From assembly GCA_963816605.1 (NCBI GenBank), contig CAWFLF010000013.1:8347-72346 (forward strand): a stretch of DNA of 64,000 nt. Direction: 5' to 3'. The notes beneath the pieces were generated by a model that saw only the letters and a list, made by a program, of their open reading frames with translations, did not search any database and was not told the DNA's origin. This DNA is from an uncultured Actinomycetes bacterium. Lineage in GTDB: Bacteria; Actinomycetota; Thermoleophilia; Gaiellales; Gaiellaceae. Positions within the stretch are counted from its first letter, which is position 1. Each line of letters starts with the position of its first letter. Positions 53,617 through 61,130 of the stretch are shown here, in pieces. Both the position numbers and the translations under genes were made by a program.

Positions 53617-53852
53617 GCCGAGAACCTGCAAGGCTTCGCCAGGTCTTGTCTTCTGCAGATGGAGAGCCCGGGCTCGTCAGCGTTCGCGAGGTAGCGGATC
53701 AACTCGGCGTGCACCCGGAGACGATCAGACGGCTGATCCACGACGGTCGGCTCGACGCGGTCCGCGTCGGCCGCGTCCTGCGCGTGCATCGCGAGGCCGT
53801 CGATCGCTTTCTCGCACGGCAGCGCGTGAAGCCGACGCGTTTCCAGGCCTAG
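53613..53852 (+). CDS. Excisionase-family (HTH_17/MerR-like) DNA-binding protein
   Basis: VSVREVADQLGVHPETIRRLIHDGRLDAVRVGRVLRV. GTGA overlap with the upstream gene. Confidence 0.7.
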   Translation: MSREPARLRQVLSSADGEPGLVSVREVADQLGVHPETIRRLIHDGRLDAVRVGRVLRVHREAVDRFLARQRVKPTRFQA

Positions 53853-53880
53853 AGCGTTTCAGTCGCACGCCCGGCGAGCT

Positions 53881-54573
53881 CTAGGCGCCGAGGTCTCCCG
53901 AATCCACGCGTTCGATCACCACGTGAGGAAGGCGCGCGTAGGGACTGAGATTGAGGAGCGCACGCACCACTTCCGCGCAGTCCTCCGCTCGGATCATGCG
54001 CTCCGGCGGGACCGGCGCCCACGAGGTCATCGGCGTGTCGACGAAGCCGGGGCTGAGAGCGGTTGCTCGGACTCCGTGCTCCTCCTCGGTGGCGTTCAGG
54101 GAGCTCGTGAAGTTGATCACGGCTGCCTTGGTCGCCCCGTAGACCGAGAGCCGTCCCGCCGGGCCGGTGCCGGCGATCGACGCGATGTTGACGATCAGAC
54201 CGCGGGCTTCACGCAGGAGCGGCAGCGCGGCGGCAGTCACGAGAATTGTTCCACGGAGGTTGACGTTCAACTGCAGGTCGATGTGTTTCGTCTCGAGCTC
54301 GTCGACGGGGCCGGCGATCCCGACGCCGGCGGAGTTCACGAGCACGTCGAGCCGCCCGTGCCGCTCGCGGTGCTCGTCGACGAGGCGGCGGCAGTCCTCC
54401 TCCTTGGCGACGTCGGCGACGACGGCGTGAGCCCCGAGTGTCTCCGCCGCGGCGTCGACCTTCGCGCTGGTCCGAGCTGCGAGGGTCAGGGCGAAGCCGT
54501 TCTCGCGCAGCATGCTCGCGATCGCGAAGCCGATACCGGAAGAGCCGCCTGTGACGAGCGCCGCCTTGTCCAC
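53881..54573 (-). CDS. SDR-family oxidoreductase
   Basis: TGGSSGIG, NSAG, YGATKAA. GTG start preceded by AAGGA. Confidence 0.9.
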   Translation of the reverse strand: MDKAALVTGGSSGIGFAIASMLRENGFALTLAARTSAKVDAAAETLGAHAVVADVAKEEDCRRLVDEHRERHGRLDVLVNSAGVGIAGPVDELETKHIDLQLNVNLRGTILVTAAALPLLREARGLIVNIASIAGTGPAGRLSVYGATKAAVINFTSSLNATEEEHGVRATALSPGFVDTPMTSWAPVPPERMIRAEDCAEVVRALLNLSPYARLPHVVIERVDSGDLGA

Positions 54574-54666
54574 GGAGCCATCCTTTCAAGTCAGAAGGTG
54601 CAATGGCGACCGTGCAGAACTGGGCGCGGGGGTGCCGAAAGGCTCCTCCTCTCCCCTGAAAGCTGC

Positions 54667-54688
54667 GGGGGAACCACCTGGTTCCCCC
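54667..54688. other. Strong 9-bp hairpin GGGGGAACC-acct-GGTTCCCCC with no U-tract
   Basis: Read directly. Lies in the 245-bp SDR/selD divergent intergenic region. Confidence 0.5.
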
Positions 54689-54761
54689 GTGGCCAATTCC
54701 TCCTCAGGTGGGAATAGAAGGGGTCGCCGGCTCGTAACAACGGTGAACCGACTGCAGTCTG

Positions 54762-54790
54762 TAGACGAAAGGCTCACAGACCCCTACATT
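54762..54790 (+). promoter_or_regulatory. Possible selD promoter TAGACG-17-TACATT
   Basis: The hexamers and 17-nt spacing were read directly. It is 28 nt upstream of TTG 54819. Confidence 0.3.
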
Positions 54791-54818
54791 TCGCGGTTCA
54801 ACCTCGGGAGGGTTTGCT

Positions 54819-55856
54819 TTGGACACCGAAACAGGGCGCGTCAAACTCACAGATCTCGCCTCGTGCGGAGGGTGTGCCGCGAAGTATTCGGCAGCCCGCC
54901 TCGAGCAGCTGCTCGCCGGCTTCGTCCCGGTGGAAGCGGAGAATCTCCTCGTCGGCCTCGCGCCGGCGGATGACGCCGCCGTCTATCGGCTGGATGACGA
55001 GCGGGCGCTCATCTTCACGCTCGACTTCTTCCCACCGGTGGTGGACGACCCGGGCGACTACGGCGCAATCGCCGCGACGAATGCGCTCAACGACGTGTTC
55101 GCGATGGGAGGAACCCCGTTGCTGGCACTGTCGATCGCCGCGTTCCCGGAGGAGCTGCCGATGGAGATGCTTGCGGAGATCTTCGCCGCCGCAGACGCGC
55201 AGGTGCGGGCCGCCGGCGGTCTGCTGGCGGGCGGTCACACGATTCGCGACGCGGAGCCCAAGTACGGGCTTGCGGTCGTGGGCACGGTGCATCCCGACGG
55301 AATCTGGCCGAAGAACGGCGCGCGCCCCGGCGACGCGCTCTTCATCACGAAGCCGCTCGGGACGGGACTGATCATGACCGGTTACAAGCAGGGCAAGGCC
55401 GGCGACATGCAGTTGGAACGCGCGATCCACTGGATGCGTACGTTGAACAAGGATGCGGCCGATGTACTCCGGCCCCTCGAGCCCCACGCCGTCACGGACG
55501 TCACGGGCTTCGGGCTCTTCGGGCACGCTCACGAGGTTGCGGACAGAAGCGGCGTCTGCATCCGTCTCGAGTCGGAGCGGTTCCCGGCCATCGACGGCGC
55601 CCTCGACGTCGCGCGCAAAGGTGTGCGAACGAGTGGCGATCCTCGCAATCGCGACTTCGCCGGCAGCCACGTGACCAGCGACGGGCTCTCCGACACGCTC
55701 GGCGCGCTCGGCTACGACCCGCAGACGGCGGGCGGCCTGCTCGTCTCGCTTCCTGCAGAGCAGGGGGCCGCGCTCGAGGCCGAGTTCGCAAAGCGCCGGC
55801 TCTTCGTTCGCAGGATCGGTCGCGTGGAGGAGGGCGCCGGCGTCTACGTCGAGTGA
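54819..55856 (+). CDS. selD: Selenide, water dikinase (selenophosphate synthetase), Cys-type
   Basis: TTG start with GGGAGGG 6 nt upstream. LTDLASCGGCAAKYS, DDAAVY, TLDFFPPVVDDP, VTDVTGFGL. Confidence 0.9.
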   Translation: MDTETGRVKLTDLASCGGCAAKYSAARLEQLLAGFVPVEAENLLVGLAPADDAAVYRLDDERALIFTLDFFPPVVDDPGDYGAIAATNALNDVFAMGGTPLLALSIAAFPEELPMEMLAEIFAAADAQVRAAGGLLAGGHTIRDAEPKYGLAVVGTVHPDGIWPKNGARPGDALFITKPLGTGLIMTGYKQGKAGDMQLERAIHWMRTLNKDAADVLRPLEPHAVTDVTGFGLFGHAHEVADRSGVCIRLESERFPAIDGALDVARKGVRTSGDPRNRDFAGSHVTSDGLSDTLGALGYDPQTAGGLLVSLPAEQGAALEAEFAKRRLFVRRIGRVEEGAGVYVE

Positions 55857-56372
55857 GCGCCGGCATGATCCACGGGCGGTTCCAGCCCTTTCACAACGGA
55901 CACCTCGAATACCTCCGCGGGGCGGCGGCGCAGTCGGACGACGTGTTCGTCGGGATCACGAATCCCGATCCGCAGCGCATCAAGGAGGAGCCGAGCGATC
56001 CGCTCCGGCATCTGCCCGAGTCGAATCCGTTCACGTACGTGGAGCGTCTCCTGATGATCGAAGCCGTTGCCGAAGACGAAGGTCTTCGCGCACACGTGAT
56101 CCCCTTCCCCGTCAACGAGCCCGAGCTCTGGTCCGCCTACGTTCCCGCGGGCGTGACGCAGTACCTGCGGCTGTTCTCGGAGTGGGGCGGGACGAAGCTC
56201 GACCGCATGCGTGAGGCCGGGTACGACGTGGTTGTGCTCGACGAGGGAGCTCGAGAAGGAGATTTCCGGTACGGACGTGCGCGCCGCCCTGCGTTCCGGC
56301 GGAGAGTGGGAGGCGCTCGTTCCACCCGCCGTGGCCCGGGTGATTCGCTCGATCGAGCGCGTCTCGGTCTGA
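55853..56372 (+). pseudogene. Archaeal-type nicotinamide-nucleotide adenylyltransferase-like cytidylyltransferase with an apparent 1-nt frameshift near 56241-56252
   Basis: Frame 1 gives GRFQPFHNGHLEYL...AGYDVVVLDEG. The frame ending at TGA 56370-56372 gives LEKEISGTDVRAALRSGGEWEALVPPAVARVIRSIERVSV. The 520-nt span is not a multiple of 3. Confidence 0.7.
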
Positions 56373-57617
56373 ATGCTTCCGATCGTCGTCTTCCTGCTGG
56401 ACGGGCTTGCGGACCGCGCACACGAGTCGCTCGGCTGGCGCAGCGGGCTCGAGGCGGCGAAGACTCCGAATCTCGACCGGCTCTGCTCTTCTGCTTCGTG
56501 TGGCGTTCTCTACGCGGTCGGCCCGGGCCGTGCGCCTTCCAGCGAGGTCGCACACTGGTCGATGTTCGGGTACCGGCCCGACGAGTTTCCCGGCCGCGCC
56601 GTCTTCGAGGCGCTCGGCCGCGGTCAGGAGGTGAGTGCAGAGCATGTTTTCGCTTATGCGGCGCTCCGGCCGGCCGAGCGTCGTGACGACGGTTGGTGGC
56701 TCACCGGGCGGCCCGATCCCGACCGGGACGCCGAGGAGGCGGAGCGGCTCGTCGCGTCGTGCGACGGGATCACGATCGACGGGCTGACCTTCTCGCTGGA
56801 GCATGTCTGGCGAGGTGAAGCGATTCTCCGGGTCGCAGGCGGCGCGGACGAACGCGTCACCGACAGCGACGCATTCTTCCGCGACCGGCATCCCGTGCTG
56901 CGCCCGCAGGCACTCGTTCCCGAGGCGGAGCGAACGGCGCGCGCTGCAGAAGCATGGAGCCGCGAGGTGATGCGACGTCTCGAAGACGAGCGCTTCAACG
57001 TGATCACGCTGAAGTGGTGGGGCAGGCCGCGCGACGTGCCGACGTTCGAACAGCGGCACGGGCTCCGCGGGACCTTCATCGCGAGCTCCGCATTTCTGCG
57101 CGGGCTGGCGCTCGACGTCGGCCTCGCCGCGCGGGAGGAACCCGAGACTGCCGATGCGGCTGCGGATCTGCGCGGCCGGGTCGCGCTCGCGCGGGAGCGG
57201 CTCGATGCGGGGGACTCGTTCGTGTTCTGCCACGTCAAGAGTGCGGACGCCGCAGGCCATACGAAGGACCCGCGGCAGAAGCAGGCGATGATCGAAACGC
57301 TCGACACCGCACTCGGCGAGTTGCCGATCGACCGAGCGATCGTGTGCCTGACGGGCGACCACGCGACACCGGCATCCCCGGACGTGATCCACTCCGGCGA
57401 TCCCGTTCCCTTCGTCGTCGCCGGCCCGGGAGTGCGCCCAGACCGCGTGAGTGAGTTCGGCGAGTCGACGTGTGCCGAGGGGATCCTCGGCCATCTGCGC
57501 GGCCCGGACATGATGCCCGTGCTCCTGAACGCCGCCGACCGCCCGCTGTTCCTCGGCTCGCGCCCGACGCCGTTCGACGGAGCCGACGGCTACCCGGCGA
57601 TTCTCGATCCTCTCTGA
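56373..57617 (+). CDS. ApgM-type cofactor-independent phosphoglycerate mutase-like / alkaline-phosphatase-superfamily metalloenzyme
   Basis: VVFLLDGLADR...TPNLDRL, SEVAHWSMFGY, HVKSADAAGHTKD, LTGDHATP. Its ATG abuts the previous stop (TGAATG). Confidence 0.75.
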   Translation: MLPIVVFLLDGLADRAHESLGWRSGLEAAKTPNLDRLCSSASCGVLYAVGPGRAPSSEVAHWSMFGYRPDEFPGRAVFEALGRGQEVSAEHVFAYAALRPAERRDDGWWLTGRPDPDRDAEEAERLVASCDGITIDGLTFSLEHVWRGEAILRVAGGADERVTDSDAFFRDRHPVLRPQALVPEAERTARAAEAWSREVMRRLEDERFNVITLKWWGRPRDVPTFEQRHGLRGTFIASSAFLRGLALDVGLAAREEPETADAAADLRGRVALARERLDAGDSFVFCHVKSADAAGHTKDPRQKQAMIETLDTALGELPIDRAIVCLTGDHATPASPDVIHSGDPVPFVVAGPGVRPDRVSEFGESTCAEGILGHLRGPDMMPVLLNAADRPLFLGSRPTPFDGADGYPAILDPL

Positions 57618-57631
57618 ATAGACTCGACGCC

Positions 57632-58567
57632 GTGCACGCCCAGCCCACGGCGCTCGCTCGGCTGCGGGCGCTCGTCCTGACTCCCGCGCAGATCTATCCG
57701 CTGATGCTTGCGCAGCTCGGCGCGCTCTGGCTCATCGTCGGCACCGGAGCCGCGGTGCGCCTCACCGACTCCGGCCTTGGTTGCCGTGCCTGGCCCGGCT
57801 GTGAAACGGGGCATCCATTGCCTGCGAAGGACGCGCACGCGTTCGTGGAGTTCGGCAACCGTCTCGTCGGCGGCGTCACGATCGTCGTGACGTTGCTCGC
57901 CTGGCTCGCGGTGCGGCGCGTGCCCGGGTTGTCGCTGTGGGTTCGGCGCATTGCGCTCGCCGTGTTCCTCGGGACACTGGCGCAGGCTCCCATCGGGCTG
58001 CTCGCAATCGCGTCAGATCTGCGCTGGCCGATCGTCATGATCCATCTGCTGTTGTCGATCGCGTTGCTCGCGGGTGCGACGATTCTCGTCCTCGAGGTCC
58101 GCGCGGAAGCTGTCGGGCGCGTCGAGCCGCTCGTCCCTCTGGAGCTGCGCCGGCTCGGGCTCGCGTTCGTGGGCGCAGGCTTCGTGCTCATCGTCAGCGG
58201 AGCCTTTGCGACCGCGGCCGGCCCGCACTCCGGCGGCGGCGCGGCCGACAAGATCGACCGCCTGGGACGCCTGGAGCCGATCGTCTACGTCCATGCGGCG
58301 TTCGTGGGAGTCTTCCTGTTGACCTTCCTCTTCAGCCTGGGCTACCTCGCGGCGCGTCGCGATCGCGCGCCGCGCCTCTTCAAGTTCGGCGCCGTCGTGT
58401 TCGTGCTCCTGATCGCCCAGATGGGGCTGGGAGAGATCCAGTGGCGCACGCACCTGCCGTGGGGGCTGGTGCTCCTGCACGTCTTCCTGGCGTCCACCGT
58501 CTGGGTGGGCACGGTGGCCCTCGCGACGCTGTTCTTCCGGCCGAACGTAGACTTCACCGATCGCTGA
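57632..58567 (+). CDS. ctaA: Heme A synthase (COX15/CtaA family)
   Basis: Trimmed to GTG 57632. GAAVRLTDSGLGCRAWPGC, FVEFGNR, about 8 TM segments, conserved His residues in MIHLLLS and LLHVFLA. Confidence 0.8.
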   Translation: MHAQPTALARLRALVLTPAQIYPLMLAQLGALWLIVGTGAAVRLTDSGLGCRAWPGCETGHPLPAKDAHAFVEFGNRLVGGVTIVVTLLAWLAVRRVPGLSLWVRRIALAVFLGTLAQAPIGLLAIASDLRWPIVMIHLLLSIALLAGATILVLEVRAEAVGRVEPLVPLELRRLGLAFVGAGFVLIVSGAFATAAGPHSGGGAADKIDRLGRLEPIVYVHAAFVGVFLLTFLFSLGYLAARRDRAPRLFKFGAVVFVLLIAQMGLGEIQWRTHLPWGLVLLHVFLASTVWVGTVALATLFFRPNVDFTDR

Positions 58568-59456
58568 CGAACTTCGCATCGTCACTCGACCGAGCCTGCG
58601 CGAGCCGGTTCTGATCGCGGCATTTCGCGGCTGGAACGACGGCGGCCAGGGCGCCTCGCTCGCAGGCGGCTACCTCGCCAAGATCTGGGAAGCGGACCGC
58701 TTCGCCGACATCGAGCCGGAGAACTTCTTCGACTTCCAGGCGACCCGTCCGCACGTCTCGCTCGTCGACGGTCAGACACGGCACATCGAATGGCCGGAGA
58801 ACGCCTTCTACTACGCGCCAATTCCCGGGGTCGACCGCGACGCGATCCTGCTGCTCGGAATCGAGCCGAACCTCCGCTGGCAGACCTTCACCGGGATGGT
58901 CGTCGACCTGGCCCGTGACCTCGGCGTCGAGATGATGGTCACGCTCGGATCGTTGCTCGCCGACGTGCCGCACACGAGACCGTCACCGGTGACCGGCGGG
59001 GCGACGGATCAGGAACTGATCGAGCGTCTCGGCCTACAACGCTCGCGCTACGAAGGGCCGACCGGCATCGTTGGTGTGCTCCACGACGCCTTCAACCACG
59101 CGAGCATTCCGTCGGTCAGCCTCTGGGCCGCCGTGCCTCACTACGTCTCTCTGGCTCCGAGCCCGCGAGCCGCGCTCGCACTGTGCCAGCGGCTGGGCGA
59201 CGTGCTCGGGACGCAGATCGACACGGCCGAGCTCGAAGAGGCCTCAGAGCGCTACAGCGAGCAGGTGAGCGAGGCGGTCTCGTCCGACGAGGAGACCTCC
59301 GCATACGTCGAGGAGCTCGAGCAGCGCGCCGAGCTGCTGGAGGACGAGGAAGACCTCCCCTCCGGCGAGTCACTCGCCGCCGAGCTCACGCGCTTCCTGC
59401 GCGAGCGCGAGCGCGGCAATGGCGGGCCCGAACGTGGTCCGTCGGAACAGCCCTAG
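58560..59456 (+). CDS. PAC2-family (proteasome assembly chaperone-like) protein; non-canonical start
   Basis: The track lists only 58896-59456. The same frame upstream reads ...REPVLIAAFRGWNDGGQGASLAGGYL...ILLLGIEPNLRW with no ATG/GTG/TTG back to TAG 58548-58550. The start is tentative: ATC 58560, ATC 58578 or CTG 58596. Confidence 0.7.
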   Translation: MADELRIVTRPSLREPVLIAAFRGWNDGGQGASLAGGYLAKIWEADRFADIEPENFFDFQATRPHVSLVDGQTRHIEWPENAFYYAPIPGVDRDAILLLGIEPNLRWQTFTGMVVDLARDLGVEMMVTLGSLLADVPHTRPSPVTGGATDQELIERLGLQRSRYEGPTGIVGVLHDAFNHASIPSVSLWAAVPHYVSLAPSPRAALALCQRLGDVLGTQIDTAELEEASERYSEQVSEAVSSDEETSAYVEELEQRAELLEDEEDLPSGESLAAELTRFLRERERGNGGPERGPSEQP

Positions 59457-61114
59457 CCGAACGTAAAGGCGTAAGCCGCCAGGCCTGGCGTGAGGCCGAG
59501 CTCGAGCAGGCCGTCCGAGGCCTGCTTCTGCGTGACGAGCGTGTAGAGCCGGTCGCGGTCGATCCGCACGGATTCCTGCATCTTGCCGTTCAGCTTCACC
59601 GTGACGACGCCGCGGCCGGTCAGCACGAGATGCACCGTGCGGGCGTCGAAGTGCAGCCGGACGCGCGCGTTGTCGCCGGCGACGATCCGCTCGCCTTCGA
59701 CCTTCCACGTTCCGTCGTACGCGTACGAGTCTTGGGTGAGCGAGGGCGGAAAGTGGTAATCGGCGTTGCGGTCGGTCCGCAACGGCGAGCCCGTGTAGTT
59801 CCCAATGCGCAAGTAGCCGAGATACGACTCGGGCGTCCTGATCTCCGAGGGCGTACGGTCGGTGTCCTGCCCGGCCTGAGGCAGCCGTCCGGCTTTGCCG
59901 GCCTCGAGAAGGCGACGGATGTTCTGCTCCGTTTTGGCGTAGTCACCTTCGCCGAAGTGGACGTCGCGCACTCGTCCTGCCTGGTCGACGAGGTAGTCCG
60001 CAGGCCAGTACTGATTCGAATACGCCTTCCATGTCCCGTACGCGTTGTCGAGCGGGACCGGATAGCGAATGCCGAGGCGCTTGACGGCCGCTCGGACGTT
60101 GCCGAGATCATGTTCGAACGCGAACTCGGGTGTGTGCACGCCGAGGATGACGAGACCCTTCGAGCGGTAGCGCGCGTCCCACGCTTTGAGGTACGGAAGC
60201 GTGCGCAGGCAGTTGATGCACGAGTACGTCCAGAAGTCGACGAGGACAACCTTGCCTCGGAGCTCCGGGAGGCTGAGCGGACGCGAGTTGATCCAGGCCG
60301 AGACGTCGTGAACGTCCGGCGCGGAGCCGTAGTCCTTCAGCGGCACCTTGCCGAGGCGCGATGCCAGCTGTTGTCGGCGCGGGACGAACGCCGCGCCGGT
60401 CTTGCCGCTGAGCCGGGCCAGCCGGTCCTGCGCGGCCGAGCTGCCCTCGATCGCGTCCTGCACCCATTGCGCGTAGCCAGGAACCTTCGTCTGGAGGCTC
60501 TCCGCCCAACCCTGATAGATGACGACCGCGGCCGCTGCCATCAGCACGCCTCCCGCGACGCGCACGGTCTGGGCATGTTGTCGAAAACGCGTTGTGAGCC
60601 CACGACTGCCACGCGCGATCGCGAGCAACGGCACAGCGGCGCCGGCCGCATACGCAATCGCGATTGCGACGATCCAGCCACCGACGCGATCGGTCGCGGC
60701 GTTCGCGGTCAGCGTTGCGAGCACCGGCCCACCGCACGGGATGAACACGAGGCCCAGGCTCGCGCCGAGGAGGAAGCCACCGCCGAGATCGCCGGCGCGC
60801 CGACGAGTGAAGAAGCGGAAGGGACGCTCGACGAGCTCGCCCACCTTGGGCACGATCAACGTCACTGCGAGCACGAGCAACAGCGCCGCCCCGATCTGGA
60901 TCTGGTGCTTCGCGCTGATCCCGAGCAGGCCCCACAACCAGGCTCCGGCGAGAAGGAACGCCGTGAACGTCGTGATCAGACCCGCCGCGATCGCGTACGG
61001 CCGCCTGGTGCTTCCGGCTCCGCCGGCGAGCACGATCGGCAGCACCGGGAGGATGCAGGGCGTGAACGCGGTGATGATGCCCGCCGCGAACGCGATCGGG
61101 ACCAGGATCAGCAT
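59453..61114 (-). CDS. DipZ-like protein: CcdA/DsbD membrane domain, thioredoxin-like domain and a C-terminal beta-sandwich
   Basis: FTPCILP and FIPCGGP (CcdA domain), VLVDFWTYSCINC (Trx CxxC). 553 aa. Confidence 0.85.
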   Translation of the reverse strand: MLILVPIAFAAGIITAFTPCILPVLPIVLAGGAGSTRRPYAIAAGLITTFTAFLLAGAWLWGLLGISAKHQIQIGAALLLVLAVTLIVPKVGELVERPFRFFTRRRAGDLGGGFLLGASLGLVFIPCGGPVLATLTANAATDRVGGWIVAIAIAYAAGAAVPLLAIARGSRGLTTRFRQHAQTVRVAGGVLMAAAAVVIYQGWAESLQTKVPGYAQWVQDAIEGSSAAQDRLARLSGKTGAAFVPRRQQLASRLGKVPLKDYGSAPDVHDVSAWINSRPLSLPELRGKVVLVDFWTYSCINCLRTLPYLKAWDARYRSKGLVILGVHTPEFAFEHDLGNVRAAVKRLGIRYPVPLDNAYGTWKAYSNQYWPADYLVDQAGRVRDVHFGEGDYAKTEQNIRRLLEAGKAGRLPQAGQDTDRTPSEIRTPESYLGYLRIGNYTGSPLRTDRNADYHFPPSLTQDSYAYDGTWKVEGERIVAGDNARVRLHFDARTVHLVLTGRGVVTVKLNGKMQESVRIDRDRLYTLVTQKQASDGLLELGLTPGLAAYAFTFG

Positions 61115-61130
61115 CCCTGATTAGTCGGTC

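Noticed and set aside
53613-53852. The excisionase-family HTH gene as a marker of a prophage or integrative element.
   Set aside because: Within the window I noticed no integrase, recombinase, phage structural gene, tRNA attachment site or flanking direct repeats. The gene overlaps the preceding lipoprotein gene by 4 nt, as part of a normal operon.
54574-54818. Looked for a tRNA-Sec (selC) or any tRNA next to selD, on both strands.
   Set aside because: There is no acceptor/T-arm arrangement, no GTTCRANYC T-loop, and no 7-nt anticodon loop with UCA. The GGAGCC…GGCTCC pairing encloses sequence that cannot form a cloverleaf. The CCTT-ctgacttga-AAGG stem has a 9-nt loop.
55853-56686. The 277-aa ORF taken as an intact gene.
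   Set aside because: After about residue 131 it becomes Arg/Pro-rich and overlaps the ApgM-like gene. The conserved NMNAT C-terminus is in another frame that ends exactly at the next gene's ATG, so this is a frameshift artefact.
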